From Chitinophaga pinensis (GTDB lineage Bacteria > Bacteroidota > Bacteroidia > Chitinophagales > Chitinophagaceae): 64,000 nt of DNA. Both the position numbers and the translations under genes were made by a program. Position 1 is the stretch's first letter. Each line of letters starts with the position of its first letter. Below are positions 10,535 through 19,205 of the stretch, piece after piece. The stretch covers positions 206,479 through 270,478 of the forward strand of contig CALRXV020000003.1 in assembly GCA_943372225.1 (NCBI GenBank), in the 5' to 3' direction. The notes under the pieces are model-generated. The model was given only the letters and a program-made list of their open reading frames with translations, did not search any database and had not been told where the DNA came from.

Positions 10535-10556
10535 TTGTGGGAATTAAAGAGAATTT

Positions 10557-11123
10557 TTATTTGACAGTCAATTTTAGTAGTTCACGATTTAAACTTCTGA
10601 CACTAATACCAAGATATTCTGCCAAATCTTTTTTACTAAAGTTTAGATCTTGTTCTTTTTGCAATTGTAGTATTTTGGAAAGAGCGCTTTCAACGGTATT
10701 TAATTGCTGGAAAGAAGACCTAAGTGCTGTATTTCTTAAGCGAGTTGCCAATTCTACCAATAATAGCGCATTAAAATTTTTGATATTCAACAAGAGATTT
10801 TTAAAAACACCAAGCTCAATTTTATAAACCAATACATCAGTCATTGCAAAAACAGTAGTAATTGTTTTGCAATCTAAAATGGCTTCAATTTCACCAATGA
10901 TCTCACCATTTCCAAGAAATTCAACAAGGTAATTTTTATTATTATCTTCATTAATCACGCATTTGCAAACACCTTCTTTGATAATATAGACATGTTTGAT
11001 AAATCTATTGACTTCAAGGATTGGCTGATTTTTTTTGAAACTAACTAACTTGAATCCACTACCTGTTTCTTCAGATTCAAATGTTGCAATAAAATTTAAT
11101 AGCTCCTTGTTCTTCAGTATCAT
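10557..11123 (-). CDS. Crp/Fnr family transcriptional regulator
   Basis: cNMP-binding-like beta region (VYIIKEGVCK...FLGNGEIIGEIE) and C-terminal HTH SKKDLAEYLGISVRSLNREL; AT-rich codon usage. Confidence 0.88.
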   Translation of the reverse strand: MILKNKELLNFIATFESEETGSGFKLVSFKKNQPILEVNRFIKHVYIIKEGVCKCVINEDNNKNYLVEFLGNGEIIGEIEAILDCKTITTVFAMTDVLVYKIELGVFKNLLLNIKNFNALLLVELATRLRNTALRSSFQQLNTVESALSKILQLQKEQDLNFSKKDLAEYLGISVRSLNRELLKLTVK

Positions 11124-11137
11124 GGGACAAATGTCCC
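11124..11137. promoter_or_regulatory. Perfect palindrome GGGACA-AA-TGTCCC, putative operator of the adjacent Crp/Fnr regulator
   Basis: Directly abuts the Crp/Fnr start codon in the 59-bp divergent intergenic region. Confidence 0.55.
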
Positions 11138-11182
11138 AATTTCAAACAAACCAATCAGCTATTTTGCATATTATTTATTGTT

Positions 11183-12235
11183 ATGAAAACATGGACTACC
11201 TTAATTTTTATAGCTATGTCATTGTCAATCACCTCCAATGCACAGGGTCAACAAGACAAAGACCTACCCAAAGTTGAACTGCATTTGCATTTGGACTGTT
11301 CCTTAAGTTATGAGGTGGTCAATGTTATCAACCCAAACATTACTTATGATGTTTATAAGGAGTCATTTATTGCTCCTCCCAAGTGTACGGATTTGGCAGA
11401 TTATATCACTAGGGCCATCAAAGGATTTGAATTGATGCAAACCAAAGAACAGTTAAGATTGGTAACCCTTGATCTTTTTAAGCAACTAAAGGAGGATCAT
11501 GTAGTTTATGCAGAGATTAGATTTGCCCCTTTGCAGCATGTTTATAAAGGATTAACAGCAAATGAGGTGGTTCAGGCGGTTAACCAAGCCACCGAAGAAG
11601 GTATAAAAAAATATGGGGTAGAAGCAGGAATCATTCTTTGTACCCTCAGACATTATACAGAAGCTCAAAGTTTGGAAACAGCTGAATTGGTAAAAAATTT
11701 CAAAGGTTCTCATGTTGTTGGTTTTGACATTGCTGCAGATGAGGCTGGATTTCCAATAGACAATCATATAAAAGCTTTTAATCAAGTACGCCAAAGTGGT
11801 ATTCCCTGTACTGCTCATGCTGGAGAGGCTAAAGGAGCTGGAAGCGTTTGGGAAACCTTGCAAAAATTACACCCTCAAAGAATTGGGCATGGAGTAAGAA
11901 GTGCGGAAGATGAGAAATTATTGTTGTTTTTAAAAGAGAATGATATTCATCTAGAGATTTGTCCAACAAGTAATATTCAAACCAATGTATTTGACAAAAT
12001 AGAAAACCATACACTAGATAAGATATATCGTTCTGGTGTATCAATGGGGTTAAATACAGATGCAAGGACTATTTCAAATGTTAGTTTGAGTTCTGAATAT
12101 GGGTTGGTTAGAAAAGTATTTAAATGGGATAATAGACAGTTGAAGAAATGCAATTTGGAGGCGATAAATCATTCTTTTGCTAAGGAGGATATTAAGAGGA
12201 AGATTAGGAGTATTATTGAGGCATCTTATAAATAG
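11183..12235 (+). CDS. add: Adenosine deaminase family protein with N-terminal signal peptide
   Basis: LPKVELHLHLD, GFDIAADE, HAGE, RIGHG, CPTSN, NTDA motifs; N-terminus MKTWTTLIFIAMSLSITSNA|Q. Confidence 0.88.
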   Translation: MKTWTTLIFIAMSLSITSNAQGQQDKDLPKVELHLHLDCSLSYEVVNVINPNITYDVYKESFIAPPKCTDLADYITRAIKGFELMQTKEQLRLVTLDLFKQLKEDHVVYAEIRFAPLQHVYKGLTANEVVQAVNQATEEGIKKYGVEAGIILCTLRHYTEAQSLETAELVKNFKGSHVVGFDIAADEAGFPIDNHIKAFNQVRQSGIPCTAHAGEAKGAGSVWETLQKLHPQRIGHGVRSAEDEKLLLFLKENDIHLEICPTSNIQTNVFDKIENHTLDKIYRSGVSMGLNTDARTISNVSLSSEYGLVRKVFKWDNRQLKKCNLEAINHSFAKEDIKRKIRSIIEASYK

Positions 12236-12260
12236 GATGTACTCTAAATGGAAATTTTCA

Positions 12261-12510
12261 TGATGGGATTGTTGGCTGCGCCGATTTCATCCCAAATGAG
12301 CTTTGTCAACTAGGGTGATTTTCCCGCTGGGATTGTTGGCTGCGTTGCACTGCGCCAACTTCCCTCCAATTGGAGCATACTCAAAAATGCAAATCATTCC
12401 TACTGGGATTGTTGGCTACGCCAACTTCCCTCCGCATTGAGCTTTCTCATATGCGAATTTTTCCCGCTGGGATTGTCGGCTGCGTTACACTTCGCCGACT
12501 TCCCTCCGCA
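12261..12510. repeat. Four degenerate tandem hairpin repeats beginning with a tRNA-Lys 3'-end-like sequence
   Basis: Core GGGATTGTYGGCTRCG...CCRAYTTC starts at 12265, 12329, 12405 and 12469 (spacing 64/76/64). TCCCGCTGGGA at 12322 and 12462 is identical to tRNA bases 12737-12747. Confidence 0.8.
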
Positions 12511-12569
12511 TTGAGCTAGCGCAATGCTCCAATGCATATAAAGAGATTTTTTTTGGGAAGATTCTCATT

Positions 12570-12681
12570 AGGCCTTCTCCAAAAGCCCTCGCTGCGCTCG
12601 TGTAAGGCCTGCGCTACGGCGCAATCAAGCAAGCTTGTTGCTCCTTCGCTGCGGCCTTACGGCGGCTTTTGGGGAAGGCCT
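12570..12681. repeat. Long nested inverted repeat (REP/MITE-like palindromic element)
   Basis: Outer arms AGGCCTTCTCCAAAAGCC / GGCTTTTGGGGAAGGCCT (17/18 complementary); inner arms GTAAGGCC / GGCCTTAC; central CAAGCAAGCTTG. Confidence 0.7.
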
Positions 12682-12700
12682 TGTGGTAAGTTCTGGGCAT

Positions 12701-12732
12701 AAAAAAAGCTCCACGATTTATCGTGGAGCTTT
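12701..12732 (-). terminator. Rho-independent terminator of tRNA-Lys
   Basis: 12-bp stem AAAGCTCCACGA/TCGTGGAGCTTT with 4-nt loop, followed by a T-run on the minus strand. Confidence 0.85.
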
Positions 12733-12733
12733 G

Positions 12734-12806
12734 TGATCCCGCTGGGACTCGAACCCAGGGCCCATACATTAAAAGTGTATTGCTCTACCAACTGAGCTAC
12801 GGAATC
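12734..12806 (-). tRNA. tRNA-Lys (anticodon UUU), CCA not encoded
   Basis: Cloverleaf: GATTCCG/CGGGATC acceptor stem, GCTC-AGTTGGTA-GAGC D arm, ATACA-CTTTTAA-TGTAT anticodon arm, CTGGG-TTCGAGT-CCCAG T arm. Confidence 0.97.
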
Positions 12807-12816
12807 GGGTGGATGG

Positions 12817-12824
12817 CAAATATA
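12817..12824 (-). promoter_or_regulatory. Bacteroidota sigma-A -7 promoter element (TATATTTG) for tRNA-Lys
   Basis: Exact TAnnTTTG match 10 nt upstream of the tRNA 5' end. Confidence 0.65.
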
Positions 12825-12879
12825 CGTTTGCAACCCTGTTGATAAAAACTTATTCAATGATCATTTATCACCAGATGTA

Positions 12880-13968
12880 TTAAGGAACAATGGTAGTAAA
12901 CAAATAAACTGCAAAAATAACTAAGAGCACTACTCCTTGAAGCAATGTGGTTTTTCCTGTTTTCAATGAAAGCATGATTACAAATAAGGAGAGTAGAAAT
13001 AGCACCGTTGATTTAGTGTCAATTCCTAGTGTTAGTGGCAAGCCCATATAAATAGAAACAAAGGCAACGGTTGGAATGGTGAGACCAATACTGGCCAAGG
13101 CCGATCCCAATGCCAAGTTCAAACTGGCTTGCAATTTATTTTTTCTGGCTGCTTGCAAAGAAGCTATTCCTTCAGGTAATAATACCACCATGGCAATGAT
13201 GATTCCAACAATGGATTTTGGTGCACCCGCCGCGGCTACCCCTTCTTCAATTTCAGGTGCCAATGCTTCTGCTAATAAAACTACCGCTGATAATGCAACC
13301 AATAATAGTACAGCGCTTACCCATGCAATTTGATTGCTTGGTTTGCCCCCATGTCCATGCTGAGCCGCTTCATCCTTGGCAACAAAATGGTCTTTGTGCC
13401 TGATATTTTGCATTGCCAAAAAAGTACCATACAAGACCAAAGAAACAATAGCCACAAATGCCAACTGTTTGCTACTATAGAATGGTCCAGGAATGCTGGT
13501 AGTGAAATTGGGTAGTATTAAAGTGAGCACAGAAATAGCCACCAAAACCGTTAGTGATGCACCAACCCCGTCTAGACTAAAAGACTGTTCTCTGTGTTTT
13601 AATCCGCCAATTAACAAACAAAGACCAATGATGCCATTGATGATAATCATCTCGGCAGCAAAGACCGTATCTCTGGCTAATAGAGAAGCATCGGGTCCAC
13701 CCATATGCATCAGTTCAATAATCAATGCCACTTCAATGGTAGTAACGGAAATGGCTAATAACAATGAACCAATGGGTTCTCCAACTCTATGCGCCACAAC
13801 CTCTGCATGGTGCACAGCAGCCAATACTGCTGCTATCAATGCAACGCCTTGGCAGAGCAGAAATATAAATCCCAAATCAAATTTTTCACCTGCAAAAAAG
13901 ATCCAACCGGCAATGGGTGCTACCAAGGTCCAAATGGGCAAATGCGCCAACAGTTCTTTTTTCTTCAT
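12880..13968 (-). CDS. chaA: Ca2+/H+ (Na+/H+) antiporter, CaCA/ChaA family
   Basis: About 10 TM segments; alpha-repeat motifs LLAISVTTIEVALI and LLPEGIASLQAARKNKLQASLNLALGSALASIGLTIP. Confidence 0.8.
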   Translation of the reverse strand: MKKKELLAHLPIWTLVAPIAGWIFFAGEKFDLGFIFLLCQGVALIAAVLAAVHHAEVVAHRVGEPIGSLLLAISVTTIEVALIIELMHMGGPDASLLARDTVFAAEMIIINGIIGLCLLIGGLKHREQSFSLDGVGASLTVLVAISVLTLILPNFTTSIPGPFYSSKQLAFVAIVSLVLYGTFLAMQNIRHKDHFVAKDEAAQHGHGGKPSNQIAWVSAVLLLVALSAVVLLAEALAPEIEEGVAAAGAPKSIVGIIIAMVVLLPEGIASLQAARKNKLQASLNLALGSALASIGLTIPTVAFVSIYMGLPLTLGIDTKSTVLFLLSLFVIMLSLKTGKTTLLQGVVLLVIFAVYLFTTIVP

Positions 13969-13969
13969 C

Positions 13970-16900
13970 TTATTTCAAGTCTTTCAACATAGCATTAATG
14001 GCTGCTTCCAATTGTTGGTCCTTACCCTTGATTACTTGTTCAAATTCATTCATCAATTTGATATCGGGTTCGGTTTGTGAATTTTCCAGATAACGTCCGT
14101 TCATCATTTTCACACCCACTGGAGGAACACCCCAACGCATGCTATTGTCTTGCAAAGATTCCCATCCTGCAAATGTACAAGTACCTGGAACAGGCATGCC
14201 CACCAATTTACCAATCTGTAAATTTTGATAACCAAAGGCAAAACAATGACCATCGCTATAATTGGCTTCGTTGGCAAGTGCAATAGAAGGTTTGGTCCAA
14301 CGGAATGTGGGTTCATAACTCACAATATGTTTGTCATTGCTATTGTACATATAGGCTTTACCGGTTAAGAAAGCAGCCAGGTCACTTACTAGGTCTCCAC
14401 CACCATTAAAGCGGGTATCAATTACCATGGCTTTGCGTGTGGCGTATTTACCCATCACTTCTTCATAGGTTACGCGGAAAGCACCATCGTTCATACCGGG
14501 AATATGTACATAACCCAATTGTCCATTACTCAAACGGTCAACCTCTTCTTGGTTTTTGCGCACCCAACGTTTGTAGAGCAAACTATTTTCTTCGCCAAGG
14601 GCGATGGGTTTTACAATCAATTCCTTCTTGGTGCCAGCATCTACAACAGTTATCAAAACATTTTTTCCTGCTTTTCTATTCAGGTATTGAGCCAAGTCTT
14701 TTTCAGGTGTGATGAGTTCTCCATCAATACTTTCAATAATCATTCCAGCTTTGATGCCAAAGCCTGCTTTGTCTAGTGGTCCTTCTTTGATTACTTCATC
14801 AATCTTTACCCCGTTACCGCTGTGCGCATAACTATAGAAAGCACCCAAAGAAGCGGTTGCATCTGCATTGGGATTAAAGGATCCATAACTAGCACCACTA
14901 TGACTCACGTTTAGTTCACCTAGCATCTCACTGAGCAATTCTGTAAACTCATAGTTATTGCCAATATGCGCCAAATGACGCTCATAGTCTGGTTTGTAGC
15001 TATCCCAATCAATGCCATGATAGGAAGCCGTATAGAAAGTGGTCTTGGTTCTGCGCCAGATATGTTCAAACATGAATTTGCGTTCTGCAGCCACGTCTAA
15101 TTGCATTTCTCCATTAATGGAAATGCCGTCTCTTTTGCCACTTGTTGGATCAATCTTGCTCACGCTACCATCAGACAATAAGAAAATAGTTTTCTGATCC
15201 TTGTCCCAAGTCAGTGATCCAGAATTGGCATTCAGTGGCATTAGAATCTTGGTTTCCTTGGTTCTAATATTGGTGCTCCACAAATTCAAACCCTTTTCAA
15301 ATCTTGCCAAGTAGTACAGGGTTTCACCGTCTTTGCTTACCAAGGCATCTGCTAAGCTAGAGGAATGGATGGTAAGTTTTTGTTTTCTATAAGTAAGTCC
15401 GTCAAATTCAATATTAACTAGACTATCTTTTTTGATTTTGTTTTTGCTGGTATCAGCCTTGGCTGCTTTTTCATCTTGGTCTTTTAACAATGCCGCTTCT
15501 TCCTTGCTTAGTCTAAATTTATCCCAAGCATCTTGGTTCAGCACCACAGCATAAATATCGCTCTGACTACCACCACTATTGGCTTTTGCGCGCAAACCAT
15601 CTCTATCGGTTTCATACAAGAGCATTTTTCCACCCATGGCCCATTTGGGAGCGCCATCATTAAATCCGTTTTCGGTTACGTTAAAAATCTTACCCTTTCC
15701 ATCGGTACTGATAATGCCAATTTCTGAATTGGATACTCCTTCAATGGCATAACTAAAAGCAAACCATTTACCATCGGGACTCCATTCAAAGTTTTGGTCA
15801 TTATCGCCCCAGCTAAATAATTCCTTATCGGTTAAAATGGTCCTGCTTTGTTTGCTGGCCAGGTTCAACACTTTCAACGTTGCTCTGTTTTCAATAAAGG
15901 CCAATTCTTTTCCATCAGGAGAATAAGCAGGCAAGTAGTTTTCTTTTTCATTGCTTACTAGTGCAGTTTCTTTGAGCAAAGTAGAAGCATAGAAATAAGG
16001 TTCTTCTTTTCTTACTATTTCTGTTTGAAAGATCTTCCAACTATTACCACGCTCACTAGAATAGACCAATGATTTTCCATCGGGTGAAAAACCTACACTG
16101 CGTTCTTGCTCTGCTGTATTGGTGATTCTTTTGGTACCACCGCCATCAACTGCCGATACAAATACTTCTCCTCTAAACACAAAGGCAATTTCTTTGCCAT
16201 TGGGCGATACGGCTAGATCACGAGCCCCACCATTGACAGGAACCGGACGTTCATTATTGGCTTTGGCGTCACTGATAATTTGAATATTGATTTTATTGGC
16301 CTTAGCCCCTGGTTCTTGGGTATAGAGTTCTCCGTCATAACTATAGCAAAGGGTTCCGCTATTGGAACTAGACAGAAAACGTACTGGATGTTTTTTGAAG
16401 TTAGAGACCTGCGTGCTCTTGCTACCATCCAAACCCATCTTGTGTACATTAAAACTGCCACTCTCTTCACTCAAATAATAAAAGGCTTTGTCATTATCTG
16501 TGAACACGGGGCTGCGGTCTTCACCTGCAAAACTGGTAATCTTTTTATGTGTGCCAGCCTTACTATCATATACCCAGATATCGCGTGCAATGGCAGATAC
16601 ATGGTGTTTGCGCCAGGTGTTCTCTCCGCCTTTTTTATCATGATAAATCATCAATTGTCCGTTCTTGCTCCATTTCACGTCTTCTGCAGGTGTGGTTAAT
16701 ATTTGACTTACACGACCACCATTTACTGAAACGGAGTAAAGCTCAGGTTGAGACGCTGTTGGATAAGTTCTATTGCTGGCTGCGTCTTGACGCGCAGATC
16801 CAAACAGCACTTGTTTATCATCATTGCTAAATGCATAGGGATATTCTGCAGTAGAATAGTAAGTGAGTCTTTTTACCTCACCACCTTCAGCAGGAATAGT

Positions 16901-17170
16901 ATAGATATCAAAATTGCCATACCTATCAGAAGCAAAAGCAATCTGTTTGCCATCATGACTCCATACGGGCATAAAATCATGTGCTTCATGACTGGTTAGG
17001 GCCACGGCTGTTCCGCCACTACTGGCTACTTTATAGAGATCACCTTTATAAGTGAACACTACGGTTTTGCCATCGGGCGAGATGGCGCTATAACGCAACC
17101 AATTGGGTTGGGCACTAACTTGGGTTACTACTAAAAGTACCAATGCACATAATAGGGAAATCTGTTTCAT
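13970..17170 (-). CDS. Tricorn-like S41 family protease (beta-propellers, PDZ, S41 catalytic domain)
   Basis: Start revised to ATG 17170 (MKQISLLCAL..., signal peptide). Repeated SPDGK/WSHDGK propeller motifs; YVHIPGM, DTRFNGGG, NEANYSDG. Confidence 0.9.
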   Translation of the reverse strand: MKQISLLCALVLLVVTQVSAQPNWLRYSAISPDGKTVVFTYKGDLYKVASSGGTAVALTSHEAHDFMPVWSHDGKQIAFASDRYGNFDIYTIPAEGGEVKRLTYYSTAEYPYAFSNDDKQVLFGSARQDAASNRTYPTASQPELYSVSVNGGRVSQILTTPAEDVKWSKNGQLMIYHDKKGGENTWRKHHVSAIARDIWVYDSKAGTHKKITSFAGEDRSPVFTDNDKAFYYLSEESGSFNVHKMGLDGSKSTQVSNFKKHPVRFLSSSNSGTLCYSYDGELYTQEPGAKANKINIQIISDAKANNERPVPVNGGARDLAVSPNGKEIAFVFRGEVFVSAVDGGGTKRITNTAEQERSVGFSPDGKSLVYSSERGNSWKIFQTEIVRKEEPYFYASTLLKETALVSNEKENYLPAYSPDGKELAFIENRATLKVLNLASKQSRTILTDKELFSWGDNDQNFEWSPDGKWFAFSYAIEGVSNSEIGIISTDGKGKIFNVTENGFNDGAPKWAMGGKMLLYETDRDGLRAKANSGGSQSDIYAVVLNQDAWDKFRLSKEEAALLKDQDEKAAKADTSKNKIKKDSLVNIEFDGLTYRKQKLTIHSSSLADALVSKDGETLYYLARFEKGLNLWSTNIRTKETKILMPLNANSGSLTWDKDQKTIFLLSDGSVSKIDPTSGKRDGISINGEMQLDVAAERKFMFEHIWRRTKTTFYTASYHGIDWDSYKPDYERHLAHIGNNYEFTELLSEMLGELNVSHSGASYGSFNPNADATASLGAFYSYAHSGNGVKIDEVIKEGPLDKAGFGIKAGMIIESIDGELITPEKDLAQYLNRKAGKNVLITVVDAGTKKELIVKPIALGEENSLLYKRWVRKNQEEVDRLSNGQLGYVHIPGMNDGAFRVTYEEVMGKYATRKAMVIDTRFNGGGDLVSDLAAFLTGKAYMYNSNDKHIVSYEPTFRWTKPSIALANEANYSDGHCFAFGYQNLQIGKLVGMPVPGTCTFAGWESLQDNSMRWGVPPVGVKMMNGRYLENSQTEPDIKLMNEFEQVIKGKDQQLEAAINAMLKDLK

Positions 17171-17214
17171 TGCAGGAGTTTTGCTTCTGCACGAAAGATA
17201 ACAAGTTTTCCAAA

Positions 17215-17254
17215 TTAAAACCCCGTTCAGAAGGGATACTCCATTAACGGGGTT
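17215..17254 (-). terminator. Probable Rho-independent terminator between the ECF cluster and the S41 protease gene
   Basis: AACCCCGTT/AACGGGGTT stem (17219-17227 / 17246-17254) followed by TTTAATTT on the minus strand. Confidence 0.6.
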
Positions 17255-17273
17255 AGCACTAAACAAAACCTAA

Positions 17274-17322
17274 TTTGACTTTCAATTCTATTTATTTTGA
17301 CTTTTGACTTTTTAATTTTGAC
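17274..17322. repeat. Degenerate heptamer tandem repeat (TTTTGAC-like)
   Basis: tttgact ttcaatt ctattta ttttgac ttttgac tttttaa ttttgac, immediately after the stop of the 390-aa gene. Confidence 0.6.
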
Positions 17323-18495
17323 TTATTCATAGTGAATAGTCAGCTTGATAGATGGGCTCACCCCTTTTACAAACCCATGGAAAAAGAATTCGGGTTCTAA
17401 TTGCAACCAGCCACTACGCACACCGGGTAGTCCCACTTTATAGGTATTGGGTTCAAACCAATTACCCTTGCGGCTGATTAAATAACCAATTGAAACATTA
17501 CCCACAAAATCAAAGGGTGCTTGTCTTTTTTCTAGTTGAATATAACGGAGGGTTAAAAAATCATTTCTTTCTGTGATCACATTGTTCAACAAATCCTGCC
17601 TAAAAAAGAAATGTGGCTCCCACATAGCGTAGAACCTAGTGGTGCCTAGGGTTCTATTGGCAGATGTGTATCTGATTCCCGCTGAGAAAGAGGGTACAAA
17701 TACGCCTTTGGCAAATTGCATACCCGCATAAATATTAGGAACTAGTTCAGGCACCTGACCTGGATTTTTGATCCATTTTACTTTGCCTGGGCTAAACATT
17801 TTTCCGGTAGCCATATTGAATGAAGCGCTATAACCCGCTTTTGGGCTGCTTGTTGCAACATATTCTGGACCTAATTCTTGGTAAAGTCTGCTGATACAAT
17901 TTTGCAAAGCATTATCGGGTAAATTATACAACTCATTGGCGTTATTAAATACCAGGGTCAAGTAAAAAGGTTGCATTTCTGGTTTGTTGCTGGCATTGTA
18001 TCGAGTATCATAATAAAGAGATGCGTCTTCCTTTGATACTTGTACATAGGCTTTGATGCGAATGGTATCCTGCGTAGTTTTTAATTCATTCATGACCCCG
18101 TCTTTGATCACGAATTGCTGAGGCGCATTGTCATGATTGACAATCCTGATCTGTGGGTTCTGCCCTCCCGTTAGGTAGTCAATTCTTCTATTAAACGCAT
18201 CATTTTTAAAAGAGTCCAACATGGGTTGCAAACCGGGTTTAATGGCTTTAACCAAAGAGTCTAGATTGGGTAGGTATTTTAGGTGTTTGATATTGTTTAG
18301 GTCAATGATCATAGTCCCATTTCCTGCTTTCAGGATTCCCCAAAAACTAAAATGTGCTTTACCCATTCCAATTTTTGGATAATTAAAAGTGGCTTCCGAC
18401 CTATTAAGTGGAATTTCATAAAAGGTTCTGTTTTGTGCAAGCAAGCCGCTGGCCAAGCCTGAGATGATCAGGCAGCATAAGAATAGTTTTTTCAT
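17323..18495 (-). CDS. Exported hypothetical protein, C-terminal half likely beta-barrel-like
   Basis: Signal peptide MKKLFLCCLIISGLASGLLAQ; alternating aromatic/hydrophobic strands near the C-terminus; third gene of the ECF cluster. Confidence 0.75.
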   Translation of the reverse strand: MKKLFLCCLIISGLASGLLAQNRTFYEIPLNRSEATFNYPKIGMGKAHFSFWGILKAGNGTMIIDLNNIKHLKYLPNLDSLVKAIKPGLQPMLDSFKNDAFNRRIDYLTGGQNPQIRIVNHDNAPQQFVIKDGVMNELKTTQDTIRIKAYVQVSKEDASLYYDTRYNASNKPEMQPFYLTLVFNNANELYNLPDNALQNCISRLYQELGPEYVATSSPKAGYSASFNMATGKMFSPGKVKWIKNPGQVPELVPNIYAGMQFAKGVFVPSFSAGIRYTSANRTLGTTRFYAMWEPHFFFRQDLLNNVITERNDFLTLRYIQLEKRQAPFDFVGNVSIGYLISRKGNWFEPNTYKVGLPGVRSGWLQLEPEFFFHGFVKGVSPSIKLTIHYE

Positions 18496-18497
18496 AA

Positions 18498-19205
18498 TTA
18501 TTGGTTGTCTGTTAAAGAAGTGGTGATGATCACTGGTTTGGTTTTTGGAAGCCAGAAACTTCTATTGGTTTCTACAGGAGCAACAGGGCTTTCATCTGTT
18601 TCTGTGATGGTTCTTTTAGGTGCTGATTTTGAATAGATGGGTTCGGGTTCTCTGTATAATTCATACAAATGCACAACGGGATATTTTTTACGAGTAGGCG
18701 CTGATTTCACAGAGGGCTTAGTTGTTACTACTACGGGGCTGCTAATTGCTACCGCGATGGTTTCGTTTGTTTGAATGGAATCCTTGATAGGGCTTGGTTC
18801 TATAGGAATACTTGTTTGAACTAGTTGCGTTGATTCAGGAACCATGCTAGTTGAAACCAACACTTTATTTTTCACAGGCATTTCCTTTTTTGCCATTAAT
18901 TCAGGCGCTTTTATTTTGCTTGTTGATGCAGGATCTTCTACTTTTTTTGTAATTGTTTGTTTAGTAAAAGAATTGGTTGGTACTGGTGTTTCTTTTTGTA
19001 AGAACCAAATAGTTGCTGCACTTGTTAGCAAGACTATCGCGGCAGCATAGCGCAACCAAAGCATGATTGGTTTAGGCTTTTTGATTTGTAATTCTTGTTC
19101 TAATTGATCCCATACCCTTGGGGCAGAAAAGCCAAATCCTTCCGGAAGGCTATTCATGCCATCTAGCTTTTCAGCTAAGGGATTATTTGGTTTTTCGTTG
19201 TGCAT
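18498..19205 (-). CDS. Single-TM membrane protein, putative anti-sigma factor
   Basis: Overlaps the ECF sigma stop; N-terminal 'VWDQLEQEL' helix, one TM (WLRYAAAIVLLTSAATIWF), Pro/Thr/Lys-rich low-complexity periplasmic part. Confidence 0.65.
   Translation of the reverse strand: MHNEKPNNPLAEKLDGMNSLPEGFGFSAPRVWDQLEQELQIKKPKPIMLWLRYAAAIVLLTSAATIWFLQKETPVPTNSFTKQTITKKVEDPASTSKIKAPELMAKKEMPVKNKVLVSTSMVPESTQLVQTSIPIEPSPIKDSIQTNETIAVAISSPVVVTTKPSVKSAPTRKKYPVVHLYELYREPEPIYSKSAPKRTITETDESPVAPVETNRSFWLPKTKPVIITTSLTDNQ

Noticed and set aside
11183-12235. Adenosine deaminase as part of a RADAR-type anti-phage system
   Set aside because: RADAR needs an adjacent RdrA AAA+ ATPase and a much larger RdrB; this is a normal-sized ADA with a signal peptide and no ATPase partner.
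12261-12510. CRISPR array interpretation of the repeats near tRNA-Lys
   Set aside because: Only four degenerate units with variable internal inserts; the intervening sequences partly resemble one another (GCATTGAGCT recurs); no cas genes in the window.
10535-12810. Complete integrative element at tRNA-Lys
   Set aside because: No integrase, excisionase or transfer genes, and I found no distal att copy beyond the Crp gene; at most a remnant islet.
13493-14080. 195-aa plus-strand ORF
   Set aside because: Antisense to the ChaA and S41 genes; shadow ORF.
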